Below, in pieces: positions 36,538 to 45,917 of a DNA stretch of 64,000 bases. The stretch's first letter is position 1; every line of letters starts with the position of its first letter. Location: NCBI GenBank assembly GCA_947086925.1, contig CAMUAL010000001.1:1-64000 (forward strand), in the 5' to 3' direction. The stretch comes from an uncultured Clostridia bacterium. GTDB taxonomy: Bacteria; Bacillota; Clostridia; Christensenellales; Pumilibacteraceae. Under the pieces are notes generated by a model. The model ran no database searches. It was not told the DNA's origin and was given only the letters and a program-made list of their open reading frames with translations. The position numbers were made by a program, and so were the translations under genes.

Positions 36538-37035
36538 ATGTCAAAAGAAGCAATCGCACAAAAGGCACAGCAGGTAGAAGAAATCGTCGAAAAGGTTAAA
36601 AAAGCCAAAAGCGTAGTGCTTGTCGATTACCGCGGTCTTACCGTTGCGCAAGACACCGAAATGCGCGTAAACATGCGTAAGGCGGGCGTTGATTACAAAG
36701 TGCTTAAAAACCGTCTTGTTCTGCGTGCGTTCAACACTTGCGGATTCGACGGATTCGAGAAGATTCTCGAAGGTCCCACCGCAGTTGCGTTCGGCTACGA
36801 AGACGCGGTAGCTCCCGCAAAAATCGTTTCCGAAACCGTTACGAAAACCAACAACAAGATTGCAATCAAAGGCGGCATAATCGAGGGCAAACAAGCGGAC
36901 GTAAACGAGATTAACGCGCTTGCGAAAATCCCCGCAAAACCCGTTCTTGTCGGACAGTTGCTCGGCATGCTCACCAATCCCATGCGCAGTCTTGCCGTTG
37001 CAATCAGCGAAATCGCAAAAAAGCAGTCGGCTTAA
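36538..37035 (+). CDS. rplJ: 50S ribosomal protein L10
   Basis: Translation matches uL10; RBS aggagg. Confidence 0.95.
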   Translation: MSKEAIAQKAQQVEEIVEKVKKAKSVVLVDYRGLTVAQDTEMRVNMRKAGVDYKVLKNRLVLRAFNTCGFDGFEKILEGPTAVAFGYEDAVAPAKIVSETVTKTNNKIAIKGGIIEGKQADVNEINALAKIPAKPVLVGQLLGMLTNPMRSLAVAISEIAKKQSA

Positions 37036-37247
37036 CCGCATGATTGCGTAAAGGCTGTAAGAGCCACATCCTTTAATTCCCGCGCCGAGGGCAGGGGATA
37101 AAAAGGATAATAATTTCCCGCCGAGGGCAGGGGGAAATGCAACAAAACACCGCGAGAGCGGGAACTCACAATCGGCGCAAACAAATAAAACGGCGTCGGT
37201 GTGAAATTAAAAGTTTTTGAAAGGCTTTTTACAAAAAGCCGAACCGT

Positions 37248-37321
37248 GTCATTCCGAGCGCAGTCGAGGAATCTTAAAGATTTCTCCGCTAAGTGACTGT
37301 CGTCGCTTAGGTCGAAATGAC
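37248..37321. repeat. family-A hairpin repeat pair (forward unit 37248-37273; interrupted inverted unit 37283-37321 with nested hairpin insertion)
   Basis: gtcattccgagcgcagtcgaggaatc then tctccgcta[agtgactgtcgtcgcttag]gtcgaaatgac; also G-rich mini repeats cccgcgccgagggcagggg (37069-37087) and tttcccgccgagggcagggggaaa (37105-37127) upstream. Confidence 0.75.
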
Positions 37322-37364
37322 ATGCCGATTATCAAACAAATAAAATAAGGAGTTTTAAAAAATC

Positions 37365-37742
37365 ATGGCAGATTTAAATAAAATGTTAGAAGAAGTTAAG
37401 GGTATGACCGTTGTTGAACTCAACGAGTTCGTTAAAATGCTCGAAGAAGAATTCGGCGTATCGGCAGCCGCTATGGCTGTTGCGGCGCCCGCGGCAGGCG
37501 GAGCGGCGGCAGCTCCCGCAGAGGAAGAAAAGACCGAGTTCAACCTTGCGCTCAAAGAAGTAGGCGCAAACAAGATTGCGGTTATCAAAGTTGTTCGCGA
37601 AATCACCGGCTTGGGACTCAGCGAAGCAAAGGCTTTGGTAGACGGCGCGCCTTCCACCGTAAAGGAAGCTATGCCCAAGGAAGCAGCCGAAGAAGCTCTC
37701 AAAAAGTTGCAGGAAGCAGGCGCAACCGCCGAACTCAAATAA
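37365..37742 (+). CDS. rplL: 50S ribosomal protein L7/L12
   Basis: Ala-rich hinge, C-terminal domain ending ...AGATAELK. Confidence 0.95.
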   Translation: MADLNKMLEEVKGMTVVELNEFVKMLEEEFGVSAAAMAVAAPAAGGAAAAPAEEEKTEFNLALKEVGANKIAVIKVVREITGLGLSEAKALVDGAPSTVKEAMPKEAAEEALKKLQEAGATAELK

Positions 37743-37770
37743 TTTCTTTAATCGGTATAATAAAACAAGA

Positions 37771-37806
37771 AGACACGCTGTGGATAAACACGGCGTGTTT
37801 TTTGTT
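37771..37806 (+). terminator. rho-independent terminator after rplL
   Basis: Stem acacgctgtg/cacggcgtgt + tttttt. Confidence 0.8.
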
Positions 37807-37898
37807 GTACAGCATAACCGAAAATCGGTTGTATTTGCTTGACAAAAATTCGGGGGGGGGTACACTTGAATAAATAAAGCAAAAGAGGAAGATGGGCT

Positions 37899-39485
37899 GT
37901 GGATAACGGTCGCAAAAAATTCAGAGAAAAACACCCGACCTTATGTGAAATAGCGCGTTTTATCATAGTCGGCGGAATAGCCACGCTTGTAGATATGTTT
38001 GTAATGGGATTGGTGCTTTATGCCTTTAAGCCGAGCCTGTACCCGAAGTTCTATAACATATTTTACGGCGGCGGACAACCGAGCGCTTCGGCAACCGTGG
38101 TGGGAACGGGTAGCGGATTTATATCGGGGCTTATAGTAAATTACGTACTTTCGATATTCTTTGTGTTCGAGCATAAGGGCAAAAGTAAGTCGGCGGTGGG
38201 CTTTTTGGTGTTTACGCTTTTGTCGGCTGTGGGACTTGCCATTCACTTGCTCGGCATGTATCTCGGGTACACCGTACTCGGCATAAACGAGTGGATAGTT
38301 AAAATAGTACTTACGCTTATAGTTCTTGTGTACAATTATGTTTCCAAACGGCTATTGCTGTTTAAAAAATCAAAAGCCGCCGATGCAAAAGCGGATAACG
38401 CGTCTACGGAGAAAACGTCCGAATCGCAAGAAGAACTGTATTTGAGAATAGGCAAGCACGACGACAAAAAAATTAAAATAAGCATTGTAGTGCCTTGTTA
38501 TAACGAAGAAGCTTGCATCGAAAAATATTATAACGCCATGCAAGAAGTTGTGTCCGCTCTCCCCGCCGACTTCGAATACGTATTCGTAGACGACGGCAGT
38601 CGCGACGGTACTCTGCGGTTGATTCGCAAGCTTGCGGAGTCGGACGGCAGAGTGAGATATATCTCGTTTTCGCGTAACTTCGGAAAAGAGGCGGCAATGC
38701 TTGCGGGGCTTAAAGCGGCGAGCGGCGATTTGGTGGGGCTTATGGACGCGGATTTGCAAGACCCGCCCGAAATGCTTAAAGATATGTTCTACGGAATAGC
38801 AGACGAGGGGTACGATTGCGTTTCGTGTCGCAGAACCGACCGCAAGGGCGAAAGTAAAATACGCAGTGCGTTTGCGCGATTGTTTTACAAACTTATAAAC
38901 CGAATGAGCGACGCCGAGATAATGGACGGTGCGCGCGATTACCGCCTTATGTCGCGCAGAATGGTAAACGCCGTTTTGGATTTAACCGAGCGCGAGCGTT
39001 TCAGCAAAGGAATATTCGGCTGGGTGGGATTTAAAACCAAGTGGCTCGAATACAATAATACCGAGCGCGTGGCGGGCACGACAAAGTGGAGCTTTAAAAA
39101 GCTTACCAAATACGCGATAGGCGGAATAGAGGATTTTTCGACCGCACCTCTCAAATTTAACTTTGTAATGTTCGGATTATGTTTTTTTGCGGCGGTATTT
39201 TTTGCCGTGTTCGATATAGCATGGGCATGCACATCGCACAAAGTCGGCATTGTACTCACTTTAATGCCGATACTTTTATTTGTCGCGTCATTGCTGTTTG
39301 CGGGCATAGGGATACTCGGCGAATACGTTAAAAAGATTTTTTACGAGGTAAAGGCGCGGCCCGTTTATTTGGTGCGCGAAACCGAGCAATCGGCAAAAGC
39401 GGCTAAGGCGAACGACAAGCCGAACACAGTCACCCCGCCACCGAGTAATGTCACCCCGAGCGAAGCCGAGGGGTCTATCGAATAA
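37899..39485 (+). CDS. GtrA-like flippase domain fused to GT2 (GtrB/CsbB/DPM1-like) polyprenol-phosphate glycosyltransferase
   Basis: GTG start with RBS agagga; N-term GtrA-like 4-TM domain (IARFIIVGGIATLVDM...), GT2 domain (IVVPCYNEE..., DDGSRDGT, DAD), two C-terminal TM helices; last ~20 codons lie inside family-A repeats (NVTPSEAEGSIE). Confidence 0.8.
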   Translation: MDNGRKKFREKHPTLCEIARFIIVGGIATLVDMFVMGLVLYAFKPSLYPKFYNIFYGGGQPSASATVVGTGSGFISGLIVNYVLSIFFVFEHKGKSKSAVGFLVFTLLSAVGLAIHLLGMYLGYTVLGINEWIVKIVLTLIVLVYNYVSKRLLLFKKSKAADAKADNASTEKTSESQEELYLRIGKHDDKKIKISIVVPCYNEEACIEKYYNAMQEVVSALPADFEYVFVDDGSRDGTLRLIRKLAESDGRVRYISFSRNFGKEAAMLAGLKAASGDLVGLMDADLQDPPEMLKDMFYGIADEGYDCVSCRRTDRKGESKIRSAFARLFYKLINRMSDAEIMDGARDYRLMSRRMVNAVLDLTERERFSKGIFGWVGFKTKWLEYNNTERVAGTTKWSFKKLTKYAIGGIEDFSTAPLKFNFVMFGLCFFAAVFFAVFDIAWACTSHKVGIVLTLMPILLFVASLLFAGIGILGEYVKKIFYEVKARPVYLVRETEQSAKAAKANDKPNTVTPPPSNVTPSEAEGSIE

Positions 39486-39578
39486 GACCTCTCCGCTACG
39501 GTCGAGGTGACAAGGGTGGCATTTACGGTCGAGGTGACAAATCGGCATCATAGTCACCCCGAGCGAAGCCGAGGGGTC
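39429..39578. repeat. cluster of family-A hairpin repeat units: forward 39450-39475, inverted 39486-39511, partial 39525-39538, forward 39553-39578, half-copy 39429-39445
   Basis: gtcaccccgagcgaagccgaggggtc x2, gacctctccgctacggtcgaggtgac, acggtcgaggtgac read directly; adjacent forward/inverted units can pair as a long imperfect hairpin. Confidence 0.85.
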
Positions 39579-39606
39579 TGTTTAAGAATAATAAAAGGGA
39601 AGAAAA

Positions 39607-42255
39607 ATGTTCTCGTTTTTTACTTGTGACGAAGAAAAGAAATCCAAAACCGACGCTCTTAAAAGATGGGGCGTCTTTTTGGGGATTGCGATATTCGCGC
39701 TGTTTTTGTATGTTTTGCCGTTTATGATACGAGGCAATTATCTTGCTTGGGGCGGCACGGGTGCATATTCGGACGGAATAGCTCAACACGCCACGTTTTT
39801 GGAATATATGTTCAAACACGGTTTATTTTCGGGCTTGGGCGAGTACGATTATAACATAGGCTTGGGGGCGGACTATGCGGTAGCGTTTGCGTATTATACC
39901 ATGTTCGACCCCGTAAACTTTTTGCTGTACATATTGCCGAGAAGTAACTTTTTACTGTCGTATTCCGTTCTTGCGTGCATAAGATTTTTAATATGCGCGA
40001 TTTGCATGTATGTGTATTTACGCAGTCATAAGGTGCGTCAGACGCTTTCGGTGGTATTTTCGGTGGCTTACATGCTGTCGGGTTATATAATGTTCACGTT
40101 CACCCGTCATCCGTGCCTAACCGCGGGGGCAATGTATTTGCCGCTTATAACGCTAGGACTCGAAAAGGCGATAGATAAAAACAATCCGTTTATCTTAATA
40201 GCGTTTACGTTTTTGACTACGATAAGCTCGTTTTACATGGCATACATGGTAACGATTTATGCGGTTCTGTATGCAGTATTATATTACGTCAATAAAGTCC
40301 ATGCGCAAGGTGAAAAGATAAAGGCAAGAAAATTCGCGGCGGTATTTTTCCGCACGGCGGGATATTATTTAATAGGATTATTGATTGCGTCGTTTATGCT
40401 GTTTCCCGTGGCATACGGGTACATTACAGGTGCAAGAGGCGACAGTAAAGGTCTTGCAATATTCTCTCCGTTTGATTTACTGAGTATATTCGTAAGTTTT
40501 TTTGCACCGTATGCGGGCAAATGTTATACCGCCGTTATGTTAAATATAGTTGCGGTGCTGCTCGGATTCGCCGCGTTTGCGGCATGTCCGCGCGCGGTAA
40601 TGAGCAAGATGACGGTTATTTTAACTGTTTGTCTGTTTATTCCCGTTGCGGGATACGTAATGAATATATTCAATTATGCAAACAACCGCTACACGTATAT
40701 GTTTTCGTTTTGTGCTTACGCGCTTATTGCGCAGTTTCTCAACGGTTTAAACAGCGGCGAGATTAAGAAAAAGGAGCGTAGCATTATAATAAAAGGAGCG
40801 GTTACGGTGTGCGTAATCGCTGTGAATTTGGTTGTATGGTGGCTGATTTATTCTATTGTGGTTAAAGCTCACGCGGTTTTCGGTGCGCTTATTGCAACTG
40901 CGGCGGTGGCTGTTACCGCATCTTCGGCATTTGCGCTGTACGGATTTTACAAAACCGATATTTCCGGCGACGTCATATTCAAAAAGATAGGGTATGGCGC
41001 TTTGATTTGGGCGTTCGTAGGATTCGTTTTGGTGCAGGCGGTGATATTCGGCGCCGTTTATTCTTCGCAATTCAACGATAACGGCAAACGGTACAGTGCG
41101 TATGTAAGCGCGCCGGAAACTTATGCGGCGACGACGAAAACGGATGATTTCGTTCGTTTGGATACCTATGCCGACGCTTGCAACCGACCGCTTAACAACG
41201 GCTATAAAGGTACGGTTATTTATAACAGTATGTACGGCGAGTCCGTTTCGGAATTTTTATCGGCAAATATGCTCTACACGTTTTCGCCCACGCTCGGCAT
41301 GTCGGGTCTTAACGGGCGCACGGCGTTGCAGGCTTTGCTTTGCACTAAGTATTATTATGCTACTAAAACGGTCGTTACTCCGACGGGATTTAACGAATCG
41401 GAAGATATAAGCGGATTGTATATAGCCGACGATTACGTGCGTTTCGGCACGGTATTTGAAAATACTGTCAGCGAGGAATTTTTATATTCCATACCCGAGA
41501 TTGAACGTCAGTATCTGATGCTTAGCGGCGTGGTTATCGAAAACGGCAAAATAACGGAATATACTCCGCTTGTTGCCAAAAAGGAATCTACGGAAAAAGC
41601 GTTTACTTTGTATCCCGAAAACACAAAGAATATTAACATAGACGGTGCGCTCGGAGCTGATATTTATTTAAAAATTCGATTGGCGGAATTGCCGACAAAG
41701 AAAACCGTAGTTACGGTGAGTTGCGGCGAGGAGTCGTTCGAAATCGAGGTCGCGCCCAAAGGGCATCAGATGTATACGGGGCAAACCGAGTGGCTTATGA
41801 AGCTCGACGGACGTTCGGACAATGTGAGTATAAGCATAAAGAACGGCATGGAACTGAAATTCGAAGAAACGGAATTTTACGAGGTAAGCGAAGCCGCAAT
41901 AATGCAACTGATACGCGCGGCGTCGGCGCGGGCGCATTTAACCGATACCGAATTTAATTCTCGCGGATTCGTCGGTAAAATAAATTCAAGCGGCGGCACA
42001 ATGCTTATTCAGTTGCCGTACTCCAAAGGTTGGAAAGCCGAGGTTGACGGAGAGCGTGCGGAAGTGAAAAAAGCCGATTGTGGGCTTATGGCAATAGAGG
42101 TATCGGGCGGCGAACACGATGTGAAATTCACGTACCGCACGCCGTGGCTCAATGCCGGAATAGCCGTAACCGCGGTTGCCGCGGCCGTATGCGCAGGCTT
42201 AATCGTTGCGACGACGGTAATAAAGCTTAGGCGGCGCGAGCGTAAGAACGGTTAA
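39607..42255 (+). CDS. YfhO-family polytopic membrane glycosyltransferase-like protein
   Basis: 882 aa; N-terminal motif SDGIAQHATFLEY resembles the YfhO D-x-x-x-Q-H-Y/FP signature; ~13 TM helices then large extracytoplasmic domain and terminal TM; genomic pairing with a CsbB/GtrB-type GT2. Confidence 0.7.
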   Translation: MFSFFTCDEEKKSKTDALKRWGVFLGIAIFALFLYVLPFMIRGNYLAWGGTGAYSDGIAQHATFLEYMFKHGLFSGLGEYDYNIGLGADYAVAFAYYTMFDPVNFLLYILPRSNFLLSYSVLACIRFLICAICMYVYLRSHKVRQTLSVVFSVAYMLSGYIMFTFTRHPCLTAGAMYLPLITLGLEKAIDKNNPFILIAFTFLTTISSFYMAYMVTIYAVLYAVLYYVNKVHAQGEKIKARKFAAVFFRTAGYYLIGLLIASFMLFPVAYGYITGARGDSKGLAIFSPFDLLSIFVSFFAPYAGKCYTAVMLNIVAVLLGFAAFAACPRAVMSKMTVILTVCLFIPVAGYVMNIFNYANNRYTYMFSFCAYALIAQFLNGLNSGEIKKKERSIIIKGAVTVCVIAVNLVVWWLIYSIVVKAHAVFGALIATAAVAVTASSAFALYGFYKTDISGDVIFKKIGYGALIWAFVGFVLVQAVIFGAVYSSQFNDNGKRYSAYVSAPETYAATTKTDDFVRLDTYADACNRPLNNGYKGTVIYNSMYGESVSEFLSANMLYTFSPTLGMSGLNGRTALQALLCTKYYYATKTVVTPTGFNESEDISGLYIADDYVRFGTVFENTVSEEFLYSIPEIERQYLMLSGVVIENGKITEYTPLVAKKESTEKAFTLYPENTKNINIDGALGADIYLKIRLAELPTKKTVVTVSCGEESFEIEVAPKGHQMYTGQTEWLMKLDGRSDNVSISIKNGMELKFEETEFYEVSEAAIMQLIRAASARAHLTDTEFNSRGFVGKINSSGGTMLIQLPYSKGWKAEVDGERAEVKKADCGLMAIEVSGGEHDVKFTYRTPWLNAGIAVTAVAAAVCAGLIVATTVIKLRRRERKNG

Positions 42256-42344
42256 TTTTATCGTTTTACCGCAGTAAAATAATTGAAGAATCAATGAGGA
42301 TATGGTATAATTGTCGGGTAAAGCATAAGAAAAGGCAATTATAA

Positions 42345-43637
42345 ATGGGTTCGATAGAGGTTCTCAAAATTATAATATCGGTTTTGGCGGGTATAGGCAC
42401 GGCGCTTACCGTAATGAAAGCGTACCGTTATTTATACTTGCTCGGCTGGTTTCATAAAACAAAGTTTAAGGCTACCGAAAACAAACACAAGTACGGAATA
42501 TGTATAGCGGCGCGCAACGAAGAAAAAGTAATCCGTAACCTTTTGGAAAGTATAGACGCGCAAGATTACGATTTGAGTCTGTTGACGGTTTTTGTCGTGG
42601 CGGATAACTGTACCGACGGCACGGCGGACGAAGTGCGTCGGTTTATGCAGACAAGCAATGTGAAAATAGTTTTATATGAACACAACAATCCCGACGAGCG
42701 CACAAAAGGCTATGCGCTACGGTATTTGTTCGATTGCATAAAAGCCGACGGCGGAACCGATTTATACGACGGTTATTTTATTTTCGACGCCGATAACGTA
42801 TTGGCAAAAGACTATGTGTCGCGCATGAACGAAGCATTCGATGCCGGTTACGATGCAGTTACTTCTTTCCGAAACTCCAAAAATACGGGGCAAAATTGGA
42901 TTTCTTTTTCCTATGCGATACATTGGCTCGGCACGTGTTTAAACGAGCATCGCGGAAAAAATATGTTGCATTTGTCGTGTCGTTTGCAAGGAACGGGCTT
43001 GCTGTTTCACAATAAATATGTGAGCAACGGTTGGAATTACGTGACGTTCACCGAAGACCGCGATTTTTGCTCGGATATCGTTGTCAAAGGCGGCAGGGTG
43101 GTGTATTGCGAAGATGCGAAGTTTTACGATGAACAGCCGTATAAACTGAAAGTCGCACTGCGACAACGCGTGCGGTGGGCAAAAGGACACTTGCAGTCGT
43201 CGGTTACAAACGGACCGAAACTCATTAAAAACACATTTAAGTTCAATAGAAACAGCTTGCGTTCTTACGATATTTTTTGGTTGAATTTCCCCGCGCCCAT
43301 AGAGAGCATTATCCGAAAGCTAATCTCGTGGGCGTTGCAAATCTGCGTCGGCATATTGGTAGGTACGTGGTGCGGCGTTATAATAGGAATATTGACGGGA
43401 ATAGGTTGGGGATACCTTAAACATTGGATTCAGTACATGGCAACCGCCGTTTTCGTATATGTGTACTATCATAAGCACATACAAAAGATTCCGTTTTTCA
43501 AATTGTGCTTTTATGTTCTTATGAACCCTTTCTTTACCAAAATAGGCACATGGTCGAATTACGTAGCTCTTTTTAAAAAAGTGGAATGGAAAGAAATACC
43601 GCACGATTACACCGTAGACTTAAACAAATTACCGTAA
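42345..43637 (+). CDS. membrane-embedded processive-type GT2 glycosyltransferase (D,D,D,QxxRW)
   Basis: N-terminal TM, GT2 catalytic core (ARNEEKVI, VADNCTDGT, FDADN, QRVRWAKGH), 3-4 C-terminal TM helices. Confidence 0.75.
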   Translation: MGSIEVLKIIISVLAGIGTALTVMKAYRYLYLLGWFHKTKFKATENKHKYGICIAARNEEKVIRNLLESIDAQDYDLSLLTVFVVADNCTDGTADEVRRFMQTSNVKIVLYEHNNPDERTKGYALRYLFDCIKADGGTDLYDGYFIFDADNVLAKDYVSRMNEAFDAGYDAVTSFRNSKNTGQNWISFSYAIHWLGTCLNEHRGKNMLHLSCRLQGTGLLFHNKYVSNGWNYVTFTEDRDFCSDIVVKGGRVVYCEDAKFYDEQPYKLKVALRQRVRWAKGHLQSSVTNGPKLIKNTFKFNRNSLRSYDIFWLNFPAPIESIIRKLISWALQICVGILVGTWCGVIIGILTGIGWGYLKHWIQYMATAVFVYVYYHKHIQKIPFFKLCFYVLMNPFFTKIGTWSNYVALFKKVEWKEIPHDYTVDLNKLP

Positions 43638-43664
43638 AAAGATTAAAAATTATGTAAAAATTGT

Positions 43665-43726
43665 TTGACACAGTTGTAATTACTGTGATACAATGATAAG
43701 GCTGTGCGTCTGCGCAGCCCTTTTTT
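43665..43726 (+). promoter_or_regulatory. promoter-like TTGACA-17-ATACAAT immediately followed by GC hairpin + T6 (terminator 43700-43726)
   Basis: TTGACA 43665-43670, -10 43688-43694, stem ggctgtgcg/cgcagcc(c) 43700-43720, tttttt 43721-43726. Confidence 0.45.
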
Positions 43727-44013
43727 GACGAGAGATTAGGTGTGAAACCGAAGGTTACCTGCATAAAATTAGCGAGGTGCGGGAGAACTTCGGCGGACCG
43801 AGTGCGGCGAGGCATGCCGTGCGGCGAAGTGAGCGTCGAAAAAGAAAAACGCAAAAGGCTTGTGGGCGAACCGTCGGTTATAATCCGAAAGGCGCAAATA
43901 CTGCTTGAAACATTACGGCGGGTAAAACCGCTTATCGTTTTCGCAAAAAGTAGACCCGCCCGACTGCGTTGTAATTAGCTTCGCAAATGCTAAACGGAGG
44001 TAAAACAAAAATA
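43727..44013 (+). promoter_or_regulatory. S10 operon 5' leader region
   Basis: ~290-nt noncoding stretch upstream of rpsJ; track ORF 43742..43978 here is unlikely to be a real CDS. Confidence 0.4.
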
Positions 44014-44322
44014 ATGGCTAGTCAGAAAATCAGAATCAAGTTAAAGGCATACGACCATGACCTGATTGACCAATCGGCGGCAAGAATCGTCGAAACGGCA
44101 AAGAAAACCGGCACGAAAGTATCCGGTCCCATACCTTTGCCTACGGACAAGGAAGTGGTTACGATATTGCGCGCGGTGCATAAGTATAAGGATAGCAGAG
44201 AGCAATTCGAACTTCGCACCCACAAGCGTTTAATAGACATTTACAGCCCCTCGGCGAAAACGGTTGATTCACTTATGAAACTCGACCTTCCCGCGGGCGT
44301 AGATATTCAAATCAAGCTGTAA
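44014..44322 (+). CDS. rpsJ: 30S ribosomal protein S10
   Basis: Start at ATG 44014 (GGAGG RBS 43996-44000); [15 protein letters not shown]... Confidence 0.95.
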   Translation: MASQKIRIKLKAYDHDLIDQSAARIVETAKKTGTKVSGPIPLPTDKEVVTILRAVHKYKDSREQFELRTHKRLIDIYSPSAKTVDSLMKLDLPAGVDIQIKL

Positions 44323-44343
44323 GAGGAGCGAGGAGGAACGACA

Positions 44344-44976
44344 ATGGAAAAAGCAATATTAGGCAGAAAACTCGGCATGACCTCAATCTTCGACGAAACC
44401 GGACTCAGCATACCCGTAACCGTAGTAGAGGCAGGCCCCATGAAAGTGGTACGCAAAAAGACCCCCGAGCGCGACGGATACAGCGCGGTGCTCGTATCGT
44501 TTGAGGAAGCTCCCAAAAATCAGAACAAAGCCGAAGCCGGCGTTTACAAAAAGGCGGGCTTAGAGGCCGGTAAAATCCTGCGCGAGTTCAAATTCTCTCA
44601 GCCCGACAAATTCGAAATCGGCAGTGAAATTAAGTGCGACATCTTTGCGGGCGGCGATATGGTAGACGTATCTGCGGTAAGCAAGGGTCACGGCTTTTCG
44701 GGCGTTATCAAGCGTTGGAATCAGCGCAGACTTAAAATGACGCACGGTACCGGACCGGTTCACCGCAGCGTGGGCTCAACGGGTGCAAACAGCACGCCCA
44801 GCAAGGTTATAAAGGGCTTGCACATGCCCGGTCATTTCGGTCACGACAACGTAACGATTCAGAACCTTAAAATAGTAAAGGTGGATGCGGCTCGCGGAGT
44901 TCTTTTGATTCGCGGCGCAATCCCCGGCCCTAAGGGCGGTCTTGTAACGGTAAAAGAAACCGTGAAGTCGAAGTAA
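44344..44976 (+). CDS. rplC: 50S ribosomal protein L3
   Basis: Translation matches uL3 (GMTSIFDETG...IPVTVVEA). Confidence 0.95.
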   Translation: MEKAILGRKLGMTSIFDETGLSIPVTVVEAGPMKVVRKKTPERDGYSAVLVSFEEAPKNQNKAEAGVYKKAGLEAGKILREFKFSQPDKFEIGSEIKCDIFAGGDMVDVSAVSKGHGFSGVIKRWNQRRLKMTHGTGPVHRSVGSTGANSTPSKVIKGLHMPGHFGHDNVTIQNLKIVKVDAARGVLLIRGAIPGPKGGLVTVKETVKSK

Positions 44977-44991
44977 GGCGGAGGAAGAAAT

Positions 44992-45615
44992 ATGCCAAGC
45001 GTAAAAGTATATAATCAAACCGGCAAAGAAGCGGGAAGCATCGAGCTTGACGACAGCGTCTTCGCCGTAGAGTATAACGAAGCACTCATTCATCAGGCGG
45101 TTGTGGCTCAGCGCAACAACGCCCGTCAGGGAACAAAATGCACCCTTACCCGCACCGAGGTGCGCGGCGGCGGTATTAAACCGTGGCGTCAAAAAGGTAC
45201 GGGCAGAGCGCGTCAAGGCTCTATCCGTTCGCCTCAGTGGACGGGCGGCGGCGTAGTGTTTGCACCCAAGCCCCGCGATTTCTCGCAAAAGGTAAACAAG
45301 CAGGCTAAGCGCGGCGCGCTTTGCTCGGCACTCAGCGAAAAACTCCGCGAAGGTGCTCTCACCGTTGTAAACGAAATCAAAATCGAGCCCAAAACCAAAG
45401 AAATGGTTAAAGTGCTTTCGGCGCTCAAAATGGACAAGCGCGTGCTTGTTGTGGTTACCGACGCCGACGACGCGGTTGTGCGCGCGGCGGGAAACATTCA
45501 GGGCGTAAGCACAATCAACTCTAAGCAAATAAACGTATACGACCTTGTTGCAAACGCAAAATGCGTTATGACGCAAGAGGCGGTTAAAAAAATCGAGGAG
45601 GCATACAAGGCATGA
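44992..45615 (+). CDS. rplD: 50S ribosomal protein L4
   Basis: Translation matches uL4; operon order. Confidence 0.95.
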   Translation: MPSVKVYNQTGKEAGSIELDDSVFAVEYNEALIHQAVVAQRNNARQGTKCTLTRTEVRGGGIKPWRQKGTGRARQGSIRSPQWTGGGVVFAPKPRDFSQKVNKQAKRGALCSALSEKLREGALTVVNEIKIEPKTKEMVKVLSALKMDKRVLVVVTDADDAVVRAAGNIQGVSTINSKQINVYDLVANAKCVMTQEAVKKIEEAYKA

Positions 45616-45902
45616 ACGCTTACGACGTTATAATAAAGCCTGTTCGCAGCGAAAAAGCATACGACGGCATAGTAAACAAAAAGTATGTCTTTGTAGTAGA
45701 CCGCAGAGCGGACAAAACGCAAATTAAAGCGGCGGTTGAAGAAATCTTCAAAGTACAGGTTGCAAAAGTAAACACGGTCAACGTGCGCGGCAAATATAAG
45801 CGTCAGGGACGCTCCGAGGGTTACACTTCGAAGTTCAAAAAGGCTTACGTTCAGCTCACCGCGCAAAGCAAGTCTATCGAGTTCTTCGATAGCTTAACCT
45901 AA
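45612..45902 (+). CDS. rplW: 50S ribosomal protein L23
   Basis: Translation matches uL23; overlaps rplD stop. Confidence 0.95.
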   Translation: MNAYDVIIKPVRSEKAYDGIVNKKYVFVVDRRADKTQIKAAVEEIFKVQVAKVNTVNVRGKYKRQGRSEGYTSKFKKAYVQLTAQSKSIEFFDSLT

Positions 45903-45917
45903 TGAGGGAGGCATCAA

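Noticed and set aside
43742-43978. 78-aa ORF inside the S10 leader
   Set aside because: It has no RBS, a basic low-complexity translation, and sits in the conserved non-coding leader upstream of rpsJ.
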